A DNA stretch of 59,036 nt, counting the filler, from Sphacelaria rigidula (taxonomy: Eukaryota): assembly GCA_964200075.2 (NCBI GenBank). It is 7 parts of 7 records of this genome, joined end to end, with 100 filler letters (N's around TTAATTAATTAA, not from the genome) between each part and the next. Parts side by side here need not be neighbours in the genome. Positions count along the whole stretch, not along the records: positions 42,243 to 50,589 come from CAXNAA020011440.1; positions 50,690 to 59,036 come from CAXNAA020011441.1; 5 more parts are not named here. One strand, 5' to 3'. This document shows, in pieces, positions 46,806 to 59,036 of the stretch. Under the pieces are notes generated by a model. That model made no database searches. It was not told where the DNA came from and saw nothing but the letters and a program-made list of their open reading frames with translations. Position numbers and translations under genes: made by a program. Position 1 is the first letter of the stretch. The number at the start of each line of letters is the position of its first letter.

Positions 46806-49800
46806 GGACCGACCCCCCACCAACACAGGGTTGACCCTGTAGTGGTTAAATGGTGAAGAATAAGTCGTCGAGTGACCTGCTCAATCACGGCGTGGCGAAA
46901 TTTATCGACCAGACCACACATACTACTACTTCCTCCTGGCCTGCCCCCTGCTGGGGTGGGCCCAGGACCGCTAGTGATAGTAGACCACACACAAGGACCA
47001 CCAAACCAACGAAGGCGGAGTAAGAAAAGGCAAGGGGCACGAGCCTGAGCATCGTGTCGACGTGGACTCTGAGTTTGGAGCGATGGGAGAAACAGGGGTC
47101 GCGGAACACAGTGTAACTCATTTCGCACTGATATTTTCAAGTATCACCCCCCTTTCCCCGACTGCCCACACTGGGGTGGGCAGAAGTCCGCCTGAGGTCT
47201 CCGACCACCATCCAAAATTCATCCAACGACGGCGGAGACACGAGCCCGAGCCTCGTATCGACGGGGAGACCAACTTGGGGAGATGAGAGGCACACGAGAG
47301 TGGCGTGTGCTTCGTTTCGGAACAACTCAGCGGCGGCATGCGGCTAAACGCTCAAGCACCGGTCTGGACACTGGGGCTATGCAGCAGCGGAGAGCGCAGT
47401 GGGGACAGCCTAGACAAGGATGGAGCGGCTGCACGTCGCGTGGGTACGCACAAACACAGGAGCGAGGAAGGAGGAGAGTCGGACAGAGCAGGAGAGTTAA
47501 GCCCATCATGAAAGACGAGCACCGGGCTAGCGATAGCCAGAAAGTCGCAAACGCGATAAAAATCAGACAAATGAAGAAGAGCGGGGAAAAAAAGAGGAGG
47601 GGCCGGTCGAGGCGGAGGCTTGCTAGGAAAGCAGCACAAGTAGCCCGGGCGAGGCAGCGGTGTCAACATGTTGAGTAAGCCACTTACAATGTCAGAACTC
47701 TAGCTGTGAAAGGTGCCAACGGATGGGGACAAGACTACGGCATCTTGTACGAGGCTGCGAGACTTGACAATCTCGATGGTGGGACTGCAGGAGGCCCAAA
47801 GGGCGGGGCGAACAGACGGTACAGCGGCAGGCTTCAGAGTCTTCTGCTATGGGAGCGAGTCGGGTGGGTCACACGGCGTGGGCATAGCCGTGAAGGAATA
47901 TATTTGCAAAAACGCCACCTACACCACTGAGTACGTTGACGAGCGCCTCATGGCAAAGCGGTTTGGGATATCGGGACAGGGCGGAGCGATCAATTTCGTG
48001 GCTGCGTATGCACACTAAGTCACGAAGAGCGAGACGAAACAAGCACTCTGGGATAGATTTGACGATGTCGTACAGCGAATCCCGTCGAAGGAATGCTGAC
48101 GCGCGGACGGGAGACAAAGTAGGAGAGGGTTCACAGGACGAAGGGATCCTAGGCGCCCATGGACGTGATCAGCTGAAAAATAACGGCGAACTTCTGCTAG
48201 CTTCCACAACCAAAAACAAACTAGCCATCACAAATACCTTCTTTAGCACGCGCAAAGGCGGAATCTCGCACACACATACAACGGTATTGTGGGGAATCGC
48301 ACGAGCGACCTCAAGCGCACAGACTACATTCTTACCCAGCAGGCACACCGAGGTGGAGTGCGCAACGTAGTCGTACACCCCCAACCCGCACCCCTGACTA
48401 AAGCGGACTCGGACCACGAAATGGTGGTGGCCACGGTCGGCCTCGGTGGCCGCCTTGCCCACAACCGCCAAGTACGCACCAAGTCGAAGCAGCGGCATTT
48501 CAGTCGACAGCAGCTGCAGATCGAACGGGCAAGGTGGCACGTGACCGAGAGGTTTCTACAATACCTCGCCGAGCAAAAATACCAGCCGATCCACCGCACC
48601 GGCGGCCGCGAAGGAGTTTACCGAAGCTATCCTCGACGCAGCGCAGACTGTACTCCCGGAAGAGGCACGGATATCATGTATGCCGGGATGGTGTGAAAAC
48701 CCCGGCACGAGAGCATCAGTGGAAGCAGGGCTCGCCAATTGACAGGAGGCACGCCATCTGATGAAGCACCATCGGACCCGAGCATCGTGGAAAGCACTCG
48801 GAGCCGCGTGTAAGGACGTGCGTACAGCAATCAATGACGGCATCCGTGCACATCTGGAGAGGTATGTGGCAAGGCTAGAAGCTGTCTAAAAGGATCGCGG
48901 GATGAGAGGCCTGTACCAACACCTCGAGAGATCTGTGGGTCTTGGTAGAAGGCAATCCGGCGGGCAGCGGTTCATAACGGCCGAGAAGGGCGTCCTACCG
49001 AGGAATGAAATTGCCATTCTGAAACGGTGGGCGACCTTCTTCCGCACCCTGCTCAACGCCAAATCGCCCACGCTGAACCCGGCCATCATCGAGGAGGTGA
49101 AGCAGCGACCGGCAACGTCAACCACGGGGAATTCAGTACCGCTCGGGGTAGCACCGACATCGGAGGAGACCACGCGAGCAGTCCAGGGGATGCACAACTG
49201 GAAAGCGCCAGGACACGACTCCCTTCCTGTGAGGCTACTCAAGATCGACGGCTGCGCCGAGCCCATCGTCCTCGAACGCGTCAATACCACTCTCGTCGAG
49301 GTGTGAAACGGAGAGGAGGTTCCACAGGAGTGGAAAGATACAATCATCAAGGTGCTGTACAAAAAATCGGACCGGTTCAACTGCAATAACTATAGGGGGA
49401 TCTCTCTGTTATCGCACGCAGGGAAAGTGCTCCTGAAGATAGTGGCCAACCGCCTCAGCGACTACTGGGAAACGCGCGGGATATCACTTGAGGAACAGCG
49501 CGGCTTCCGACCTGACCGATCCACTGTTGATATGCTGTTCGTAGTGCGCCGACTCCAGGAGCTGGGAGGGTGGCGGAAAATACCGCTGTACATGTGCTTC
49601 GTCGACCTCCAGAAGGCGTTCTCGGTCGACCGAGAGCTTCTGTGGCAGGTACTGGCCCGGCTGGTATCCCGGATGAGATGATGCAATTATCCGCCAATTC
49701 CACGACGGTATGCAGCCCCCCGTACGCATATACGACGGGGAGCTCTCGGGGTGGTTTGAAGTCACACAGGGATAGCGACAAGGATGTGTGCCGTCTCCCC

Positions 49801-50589
49801 TGCTGTGAGACATCTTCTTCGCGGCTGTACTTGAGATAGTCCTTGTGCGACTCAGCAAGGATGATATCATCATTGAGGACACGGTATATCTCGACGAGGA
49901 GACGGGGAGGGGGGCGGAGACACCGCTGGAACGTGTACGGATAGCGGTGTAGGGAAGGCTGTATGCCCACGGTACCGGCGTCGTCTCGAGATCCCCCAAC
50001 GGATTGGCGAGGATGATGACCATCAAAGTGGAGGTGTTTGGGGCCTTTGGACTGACGGTATCGGAGAAGAAGACGAAGACTCTTTCAATTCGAGCGCCGA
50101 GGCAAGCACCAAAGAAAGGAGAGTCACCAACATGATCTCCCCCACCGCTGATCATCGAAGCATCGAGCCAGAAATACGCCCAGAAAAGTAGTTTCCGATT
50201 CTTGGGCGGGCTCGTCAACGAAGAGCGCGAACTCAAGCAAGTAAACAGCAATCGGAACAGAGCAGCGTGGGCATGCATCAGGAAGTTTTCCCGGCAACTT
50301 TTGGACCGACCGAAAGCATAATAGATCTCAAGATCCGACTGCTGAAAGCGGAGGCGATGGAAACCTTACTTAACGGATGCATGACGTGACCCCGCGCCGC
50401 GAACACGAAGACTTGCTGAGAAAAGTGCACCACCGGCTCCTTCTGCGAGTCATCGGGTACCGCCGAGTGCGTGGCACATACCGACAGCTGTCGTATGAAC
50501 AGTCCCTGAAGAAGACCGGATGTCAAAGTGCCGAAGCCATCGTCCGGCAACGACGACTGCTGTTCGCGGGAGCCCTGGCTAGACAACCG
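46806..50589 (+). mobile_element. RTE-clade LINE 3, decayed, 3' end cut by contig end, 5' boundary approximate
   Basis: [77 protein letters not shown] has decayed to YAHG. Confidence 0.92.
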
Positions 50590-50689
50590 NNNNNNNNNNN
50601 NNNNNNNNNNNNNNNNNNNNNNNNNNNNNNNNNTTAATTAATTAANNNNNNNNNNNNNNNNNNNNNNNNNNNNNNNNNNNNNNNNNNNN
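50590..50689. other. Artificial contig spacer
   Basis: N44-TTAATTAATTAA-N44. Confidence 0.99.
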
Positions 50690-50696
50690 CGCACAT

Positions 50697-50996
50697 AATA
50701 GCGTTTTGGTGAAAGTGAGAGTAGAGGATACGATTGAGAGTGAAAAGCGGTCAATTAGTGAATGAATCGTTTCAGTTCCGAAATGCTCTTCCACGAGGCC
50801 CAATATGATTCACGTAGTAGTTTGCCACTGAGGCTCTTAATGTTCCTGCGTAGGATATCGACGTGTAGCTGTGAGCTCACGCGAGTGATGAAGGCAAAGA
50901 AAAACACATACGGAATAAAAAGTTGGCCAAGTTCAAGCGAGTGAACAAAGTCACTCTCAATCAGCGCTCTACTCTCGATTTCACGAAAACGTTGTT
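50697..50996. mobile_element. MITE family D, copy 2
   Basis: Colinear with 3557-3861. TSD ACAT/ACAT. Confidence 0.8.
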
Positions 50997-53130
50997 ACAT
51001 ACGTCTTGTACATCGTGTCAAAAATTTCATCGAAAACGATGCAAATTGAGCGAAGAAAATGCGTTTCAACATTACTGGTGGTTTCGTCGGCGGCCCAGTT
51101 TGTACGCACATGACATGATGACGTCAACTTTTGTACACCACATGCAAAACAAATGCCGAGCCAACGCCGGCAATTCAATTTCAATCTCGACCATTCGTAG
51201 GGTTTTCTCGATACTGCAAAGCGGTGCAGCGCCACACGAACAGGCTAGTCGAACGGCATGCATCATGCACGCACTCGGCCCATGTGTGCGTATGATCATG
51301 TGACGCTTGTACACGGACAGCACGGGCGTATTTCACACTAAAAGTAGTAGCAGCAGAAGCAACAGCAGTGAACGTGGACTCACGCACGATACTTGACCGG
51401 CGGTATTGGCAGTGACCTTAGAACGCGGAGATTTCTGCAGGTAGTAGAGTTTGTCCCAGGTCAGCTCCGAAATTTGATGACTGAATATGTACTTGGTTAT
51501 AGTGTGGACCAGCGCATGTGATCTCCAGAGGGCTCAGTGTCCAAAGCGGTCGCCCAGGGTGAGCGCAGCGTGCACAGCACAGGTCTTCGTTCAAATTGGC
51601 GTGTGTGACGCCGATGTTAGAGCAGCAGGCACCGGTTGGAGGCGAAAGTAAGTAAAACTTATCTAGCGCCACGTACGTACCCCCTGCGCCCAGGGACTCT
51701 CGGTCCGCCTCGGATTGGGGGTTTCCGGTACTCGTGGCGATGGCGTTACGGTATGACAGATGTGAAGTGTGTTCAACCGTTGAACTACGGAGGCGAACTG
51801 GGGGACAACTTTTTTGCCACGGGCATTCCATTAAATTTTATATCCGTAAAACGATCACCCTTTTTCCTACGCAGTTATTATAGCTTCCATATCAAATGTT
51901 CTCGCAAACATGAGCGCCAGTCATGATCAAAATCAACGCATACGTATACGTTCTCAACACTACCAGGGAAGCTTTCGCTCCGAAGAGAAGGCGAAATGGC
52001 GCCGTGTGTTGGCGGGCATATTGAAACTCATGTCCTGAGTCCATTCCATTTATGCACACCGTTCGATCTTCCATTCTATTGATCCATCTAACAACTGTGG
52101 TTCACCCATGAAGCTCGACGATGATGCCGACAATCCACCAGTTTCTTCACCATCGATGGCACACGAACACTCACAGGAGGTACAATGGTGCGAAGTATGT
52201 GATGGTGTAAGTGCGAACCATTTTCGTTCAATGTCACCTCCGCGCCATCGCTAGTTGTGCGAAAATCACTGCATACAGGTTTCGATTTCGACTCAAATGA
52301 GGGGATGAATATTGTGTGTGTGTGTGTGTGTATCGTCACCATTTGGGCCGACTGCAAAACGAGTACAGAGGAATGCCGGAGTTTTCTACAGGCCATTACA
52401 AAGTTTGAAAGTTGGAATGAAAAAAGTGAAGACTGCTTATACGTTGACGCCGTGTCTCAGCACAGAGCGTGCAGGTCTCTGCGCTACGTGCTCTGCGTGC
52501 CAGCGAAGGCCGTGCACTCCTGGTGCTACAGCAGGAACGACTCTAGCCCAGACGTTACGCTATATCGCATTGATTCTTGATTCCTCGTGTAACCTACTGA
52601 TATACTAGTGCAAGATGGGTGAAAAAGAAAATTACTCGAAAATGCACAGATTCGCTTGCAGTTGTTTCGCAACATCTCAACACTACTGTGTGCTCGTTTC
52701 TTGCCCCCAGCACTTCCTCTTCATTTAGACTCTTATAACACACACGACGAGGCGTGTGATCCGGGAATGATAGTAAGGGACACATGTGGACTAAAAACAT
52801 GGCAAAATCAATTGCCGCGCTACCGGGGATCCCATACATGTCAGGGATGTTCCCGCCACATCTTGAGTCGAAAGCTGTGGGGAGACCCAGAATTGGTGAC
52901 ATTGTTTGCCACACACGGAAAAAGGACCTCGATGAAAACAAACTGTGCAGCATGGCACGAAGAAGCAAAGTGGCGGAATTAACGTACATTCTTGAGGGAC
53001 GCTTTGGTGTTTCTTGTCGGTGTGCGGGTGCCCCAGCCGTCGAAATCGATACGAAAAATAGAAGCTTCTTCCGTCATGGACTTTCCGACGCAGACCTCTC
53101 AATATTTTTAATGGAGAAGGATCACGGGTA

Positions 53131-53399
53131 GAGTCATACCACGGTAGGGGTTGCACATTGCGCCCAGATGTTTCTAATCGAGGTGCTCCTGCATGTTAGC
53201 AGCTACCAGTACATGAGAAAATGGTCTATGACAGTCCCGTTTGAGACTTCATTCGAGATATTTCTACGGTAGCCCATTTGAATGCTGATTGTGGGCGTGC
53301 TTTCACATATTTTTTCAGCCATTTTTTGGGTCAAGGTGAAGGGCTCCTTATACGTGAGCTATATATACTATGTTGTTCACCCCCACCGTGGTATGACTC
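53131..53399. mobile_element. MITE with GAG...CTC termini (Sola-like)
   Basis: TIR GAGTCATACCACGGT(A/G)GGGGT. Flanks GGTA/GATA. Confidence 0.75.
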
Positions 53400-53662
53400 G
53401 ATAATTGCGTTGCGTATGTTTTCTTCACACCCTGGACAACATGTTACACTGTGAAAAAATGTACTGCACACAGTAAGGAATCTACTGTCTGTTGCAATAG
53501 ACGCAACAGTCGATACTGTACGCAGTATACTTCTTAATAATGTAGTGCATTCTCCAGAATGTGAGTTTCTTGTTTCATGTTCCTCCTAGTTATGAGAACG
53601 TACCGGAGTACACCTTCTGTCAGTGAAATGATTAATGTCACCATTCTGCCACTAATACGCAC

Positions 53663-53863
53663 CTGGTTGGCGCAGGTGGCGATGGCTAACCGCTTGTTGA
53701 CCTTGTCGTAGCCGAGCCAGGCCCACCCCGACCCCTGCACACCGACGGCCGCGGCGCTGAGTTTTTCGGTAAGCTCGGACATGGAGTGGTACTGCGCCTC
53801 GATCATATCTGCCAGGGTGCCCGTCACCATTTTACCACCGCCCTTGCTGGGCGGGGCAAGGTT
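53663..53863 (-). CDS. SOD2: Manganese superoxide dismutase, exon 4
   Basis: CAG| ... |GTGCGT, 201 bp. NLAP...VGVQGSGWAWLGYDK...ATCANQ. Confidence 0.95.
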
Positions 53864-55429
53864 CTGGACATGAAAAGAGGGAAAACAAATGCGGAAGAAA
53901 ACAGCAAAGGGTCGTTCAGTCAAGCATCTTAGAGAATAAGTCTAATGCGTCATTTGTTATCCTGCGAGACATTTGGCCTATATCCTACCGTGGAGGTAAA
54001 TATTATCCGAGGTACAAAAAATAGAGGCCATTCGTGAAGGAAAAAAGGAGGGTTGCGGATAGGCTGAGGAGGGGGGAAACACCATGATAGTTGCGCGATG
54101 TTCAGGAATCTCAAAAGTACTCGACGAGTTGCTCACAGACAGCGACACAGCCTTTTCGACCCATCGACTGCGGATTAGTCCTTTTCAAGTCCTACACATC
54201 CCAATGAGAACGCTCGGGATTCTGTTTTGCTTGCATGGAAAATCTTGAAAAATCCAAAACGTTTCGCGGTGAAAAGAGCTCAAGGCGGGGCACCACAGAG
54301 TAGTACTGTGCATGATAAAAGTTGCACAGATGAGTGGGTCGAATATGGAAATTCGAACAAACTTTACGTAGGACCTGTGGTGCAACCACGGAGTCACAGA
54401 GAAAAAAAAACTTCCTGTAACAAATCACAAGAGTATCTACACGGGAAAAATAGGCACTATTGCGGAAGAGGAGTGCACCACTTCACCCAGAATAAAACGA
54501 GCGTTGCGAAAAACGATGGTGGCCAGGAAAAAGTACAAACGTATAGCTTGTCGGTTTTGCACGCTCGAGGGCGCAGTGGTCGCCGACTTGTTTCACCGGC
54601 GCAGGAAGCACCTGGATTTGAGACACTGTTCGTGCCATTCTTGACGAGAACGCGCAGTACTTCTTCCTTTCCACGCGCAGTTGCAAGCGGAACAGAATGG
54701 AACAGGTGGGATGATGCCTCGGCCAGCTGCACAACAGCGGGTGATCCAAAACTTATCATGTACCCCAACCTAGCCCGAAACGACAATATACTTTCATTCG
54801 TCGCTTCTTGCGATGGGTGTCATATTATTTTGGTCACATTCCCTTGACGGGTTCGAGCCCTTCTGTACAGGCCGGGGGGGGGTATTGGAAAATACGTTTT
54901 AGAGGACAAAAAGATATATGCTTCACCTCGATTCTAGTTGGACATTAAAAGTCTTGTTCACCACTGAACCCGAAAGTAGGAAATGACAAAAAGGAAAACC
55001 TTCTTGTAACCATTGCCCTCAGTGAAACGTTGGCAGGAGCGTGGGGCTACTTGGGCAACCAGCACATCGATAGCATCGAGACGGTCGATACTCAACTCAC
55101 CACTCAACCCCTTCGGCGCGACACCTGGCCAAATGGACCTCGAAAGAACCACTGAAGAAACTGTTGGGCAACATCAGATCGTCGAAGGTAGGGGATCACG
55201 AAATAAGCGGTATGTCATCACTGGGGATGATGCTTCGAAAGAGAGAGGAGCTGCTCAGGTAGAGCGTCGGGGTTGGCCGTTGATGGTCACGCGGTGATAC
55301 TGTTCCCAAATGCGACCTCGCGTGTAATACTGTATGCTTGTAAATACGGGAAAACGAAAAGAGATCGCACACACACGTACACACGCACGCACAAGCAAAA
55401 TGATCAAACAGACGTGTTGATTCCCTCAC

Positions 55430-55570
55430 CTTCCAAAAGATGGAGTGGTTCAGGTGTCCGCCTCCGTTAAACTTGATGGCCGCCTGCAGTTGCACGACGG
55501 CCGTGACGTCACCCTTGGCCTCCGCTTCCGCCAGTTTCTCCATCGATGCGTTCAGGTTGTTGATGTACGC
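55430..55570 (-). CDS. SOD2: Manganese superoxide dismutase, exon 3
   Basis: CAG| ... |GTGAGG, 141 bp. AYINNLN...[16 protein letters not shown], with the Mn-type GGGH signature. Confidence 0.95.
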
Positions 55571-56265
55571 CTGCGACGCGGAACGAAATAAGTAGAGGAG
55601 GGGTCGTGACGCGTGAGCGCCTGGAGCCGGCGTGGGGAAGATCGCTTCTGCGATTTTGACGATGGTTGGAGCCACCACTCTCATAACGAATCTGTACTGC
55701 ATCCTGTAGAGGCGTCATCCCTGGGTTGATGCACACATGGTGATACAGCGGCTGTTGTGTATTGAATTTACAGAACTGGGATAGTTTTCATGTTGTCCTG
55801 TCGCCGTTTTCTGCGCGAAACGGTTCGCGAAGTGGACGAAGACGAAGACGAGATGATGCAGGGAGTGTTGCAAATCACAATACACCACACCACAATGCAA
55901 TAGGCTTGAATACACTACAGTAGTTTGTTGCTACGCGCTACTAGGGCGAGCGCTCCCTGTCCCTCTGGCTGTGGGCTACAAAATAGAGCCAGTGTGCTTT
56001 ATCCCCCCCTTTCCGCCCCGCCCCTAGCCTGTCCACGAAACACATTCATCGACATCGTGCAAAATCCAGCACTCCTTCTCGAAAAACACCCCTTGAAGCA
56101 CAAATACAAGTTCCAACCCCAGCTCACGAACCAATTTGTATGCTCGAAGGGCCTGTGATGCATACGTCGAACTTGGTACACTTTGCCGTTCCGTGCTCAG
56201 CCTCGGCTGGTACTTTTCACCCCATTTAATGACTACGCTGACAATAGTCAACTATCAAGACGGAC

Positions 56266-56443
56266 CTGGTGGTGCTTGGTGTGGTGAATTTTCATTATTT
56301 CCCCGCTCACAGCTGGCTCCAACTCCCCATAGTCATAGCCGAGGTCAGGCAAGGTGGCAGCCGCGCGGGCGGCCGCGGAAGAGGAGAGTAGACGCCCACC
56401 GCTAACGACACCCACGGCGCGGCGCGCGGCATGTGACGAGACC
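56266..56443 (-). CDS. SOD2: Manganese superoxide dismutase, exon 2 (transit peptide plus N-terminus)
   Basis: ATGCAG| ... |GTCCGT, 178 bp. [10 protein letters not shown]...[30 protein letters not shown]. Confidence 0.93.
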
Positions 56444-56845
56444 CTGCATATGTTACAAAAAATGAAAGTAGTACGGGCAACTGCTATGGACGACGGCGGT
56501 GGCGGGGTATTCTGTTTGTCACATCACGAGGCAGTTGTGTATTGCTTGTTGGATTCGTGACTAAACGGTGCCACAAAATAGGTATTCTACCTTGAGTTTC
56601 GGAGATTGAACGTGCGATACGGCTGCAATCGGGGGATTGCGGATGTTAGCACTGACTCACTGGTAAGAGCAGCATATCAGTGCTGCTGTGTTGCGGGGCT
56701 GTGATGTTGGGGAAAGGGTGGAAAAGTGAAGGCAGAACAGGAGAGCTACAGTACAGCAGTAGACATGACACGGCAACCTCAGGGTTGCTGTACGTACCCA
56801 ACGCACGACAAGCAAGCGTGGTTACTTCAGAATCACGATGCAAAC

Positions 56846-56856
56846 CTTGCAAGCAT
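56846..56856 (-). CDS. SOD2: Manganese superoxide dismutase, putative exon 1 coding part (MLAR)
   Basis: ACC-ATG CTT GCA AG|GTTTGC. Phase 2 matches exon 2 and gives a mitochondrial-type presequence [14 protein letters not shown]. Confidence 0.6.
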
Positions 56857-59036
56857 GGTCTTGTGTGTTCGGCAGCACGAGCTCCTGGTTGCGTCAGCAG
56901 TTCCTGTGAGCGCTGTTCACCTCTTCACCCTGTGGACTGGTGATAGTATTTTGTTTTATTTTCTGGTCTTTTCGGCTCAAAATATTGTGGTTCCCGTACG
57001 CCAAGGATCGCGTCCCACTCGGAGAATCAGTGCGGATAGTGAAAACGAGGTTAGAAAACTTGGAGTATATGATAGCTCAGCCATTTTTTTTGTATTTTTT
57101 ACTCCTTAAAAATGCTATTTGTGCTCGATGTCATAGTATTCTGAACAAAACGACGCGATTTTCCCTAAGTCTTCTCTCCCCTCAAGCCTTGACTGCGGGT
57201 CTGCGATGCAGTACCCATTCTCATGGCAGAAGTCACAACCACTCCGCGTGCTGGGTGTGGACTTCACCTTCGAATCTTTCACGAACGAGAGGAGACCGGA
57301 GAAAGCGACCGCTTCCCTGTGAAAAATGTCGGTACCCGAATCTGCAGTTGAACTGAAGGTACGCTAACTGCACAGGGAAGTGAGACATAATCAGAGGAAG
57401 GTACGCTAACTGCACTGTCCTGTGCCATGCTGTACTGTCTAGATATGCAGAACGTTTTTTTCAGAACACAAATTTGAGCGGATCGGATCTCCTCTCTGCA
57501 CCTGTTGCGCAAGTTTATAGCAGCGATCAGCCTTATGATTCGTGGTGTAACGCATGTATATTCACGATAGTGCAGTATGTGGCCTTGATCCTTTCCCTGC
57601 CACTTATTGCAGACGCGAGCTGTGATGCGTTGTTGGACGTAATCATGTTCGTCACGTATCGGTATATGTATATCCATGGGCGTCGCACTTCGCCTGCACT
57701 GTTGTCGTCTGTGCCGACAGTACGTTGCGGCGAGCGATACCGTCATACCGTCGAACATGTGCATGTGCATTTGCGGTACGCCTGTAGCCATCGCCGACCG
57801 TATACACGACAACAAAACATCAATGCGTTGTACTGAACATTTCCATCGTACCGTGAACCCCCCCGGCCATGCGAGTACATACTAGGTATGTACTACATAC
57901 CTACTGTAGCTGGGGGCCAGTCTTCGAGTTCAGAATACGTGGTTTCTCTTGAAAGGAGATGCGTACAGAGACAGACTTCAGGCTGATTTGCAGCCCGAGA
58001 GACTGCACTACAGTACGAGTACAGTGACACAAATATGCGCAACCTGGATATCTACAACTCAGGGCGTGTCTTCAGGAGTGGCACATATCTCAGTCCTGCA
58101 TTACACCCAAGTTGTTTCATACGTACGCCCAGATTGGGCGCGCACGCCGGGGGACGTACTCTACATACTAGTAATTAGCAATTAGGCCGCCAGACGTTGC
58201 CGAATCTCTGAAACTGAATCTAGTTCAACTATTGGGTGTTGGAGAGAGTTACTGCACTCGGAGCGAGAATTCACACGTCTAGGGATCCTGAAATCCTCTC
58301 TCTTTGAACGCAAAACACTGTCTTCGAGATGTTGGCACAGGTTGACCTCGAGTTGGGAAGATCGAGCTGATGTAATGATGAAAGAAAATCACTGCTGGGA
58401 CGGCTGGGTTACAGAGTTACCTGGAGACCGCGCCGCACCCGACTAGGCTGTACATAGGAAAAAATGGGTTCACCCAACCATACCGTGGATCTAATGCAGC
58501 TGCTTGCAAATGCCTTCATACTGCTTCTACGATGGTTTTCAGCCAGATTTAGTGTCACGTTCTTCACCACCACCCGAAAAAGAAATGCGACGGCGTCAAA
58601 GAATTGTAGTATGAATCTGGATATATGGCACAGCACCCATACATGGGGATAATTTTGTAGTAAATTAAGTTATTTGCGCGAAGCGCGATCATGTCCGAGC
58701 GTTCAAGATCGGCACCCTGCACAGACAGGCTGAGGGCCCTTTTAAAATCAGCCGAAGAACTAAAACATGAAACATGTCTTGTTTCACTGTAGTGCAGCAC
58801 AAACACACTCACGCCCGCTCTCATGTGCTGCAGCTATCACTGTTCTGTGGTGTGTTTAGAACTTGCGAAGACGGTTCGGTCTCCGCTGAGGTTGCTTGAT
58901 GTGCTGCATTGTTGTGTTCTTCTGTCTGTAATCTTTAGTATCAGTCGGGACGCAGTGCTGTCTACACACTTGACTGTCTGTTGAAAACTTCATGGTACCC
59001 GGACCCATCACTCGCGCGATACCGAACATGGCTGGG

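Noticed and set aside
46855..46908. HDV-like or hammerhead ribozyme in the RTE 5' UTR
   Set aside because: GTC-N7-GAC, a small P4-like stem and CGAA are suggestive, but no P1 partner, L3 consensus or CUGAUGA core could be found.

Overview
This window is eukaryotic, repeat-rich DNA. The intron style, RTE-type LINEs, tRNA-derived SINEs and gene content suggest a brown alga or related stramenopile (inference). It is not one locus. It is seven contigs of 8349, 8349, 8348, 8348, 8348, 8347 and 8347 bp, joined in descending size by six identical 100-bp spacers (N44-TTAATTAATTAA-N44), so synteny across the spacers is meaningless. Host genes, all partial, spliced and on the minus strand: (i) a DUF2993/LmeA-like protein with a probable targeting peptide (contig 1); (ii) a large multi-exon GT2-like glycosyltransferase whose first domain appears to lack its catalytic acidic residues (contig 3); (iii) an orphan terminal exon resembling a dsRNA-binding motif (contig 6); (iv) mitochondrial Mn-superoxide dismutase exons 1-4 (contig 7). 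The rest is decayed mobile DNA: three RTE LINEs, a DIRS/Ngaro-like retroelement, two tRNA-derived SINE families, a hAT derivative with a perfect 8-bp TSD, and many nested MITEs. I found no CRISPR array, rRNA or true tRNA gene, and no clearly intact novel system. The best leads are the pseudo-GT2 gene, a MITE carrying telomere-like repeats, and an unclassified AAC...GTT transposon family with 4-bp TSDs and a possible decayed parent. All protein assignments are by-eye motif recognition, not database searches.
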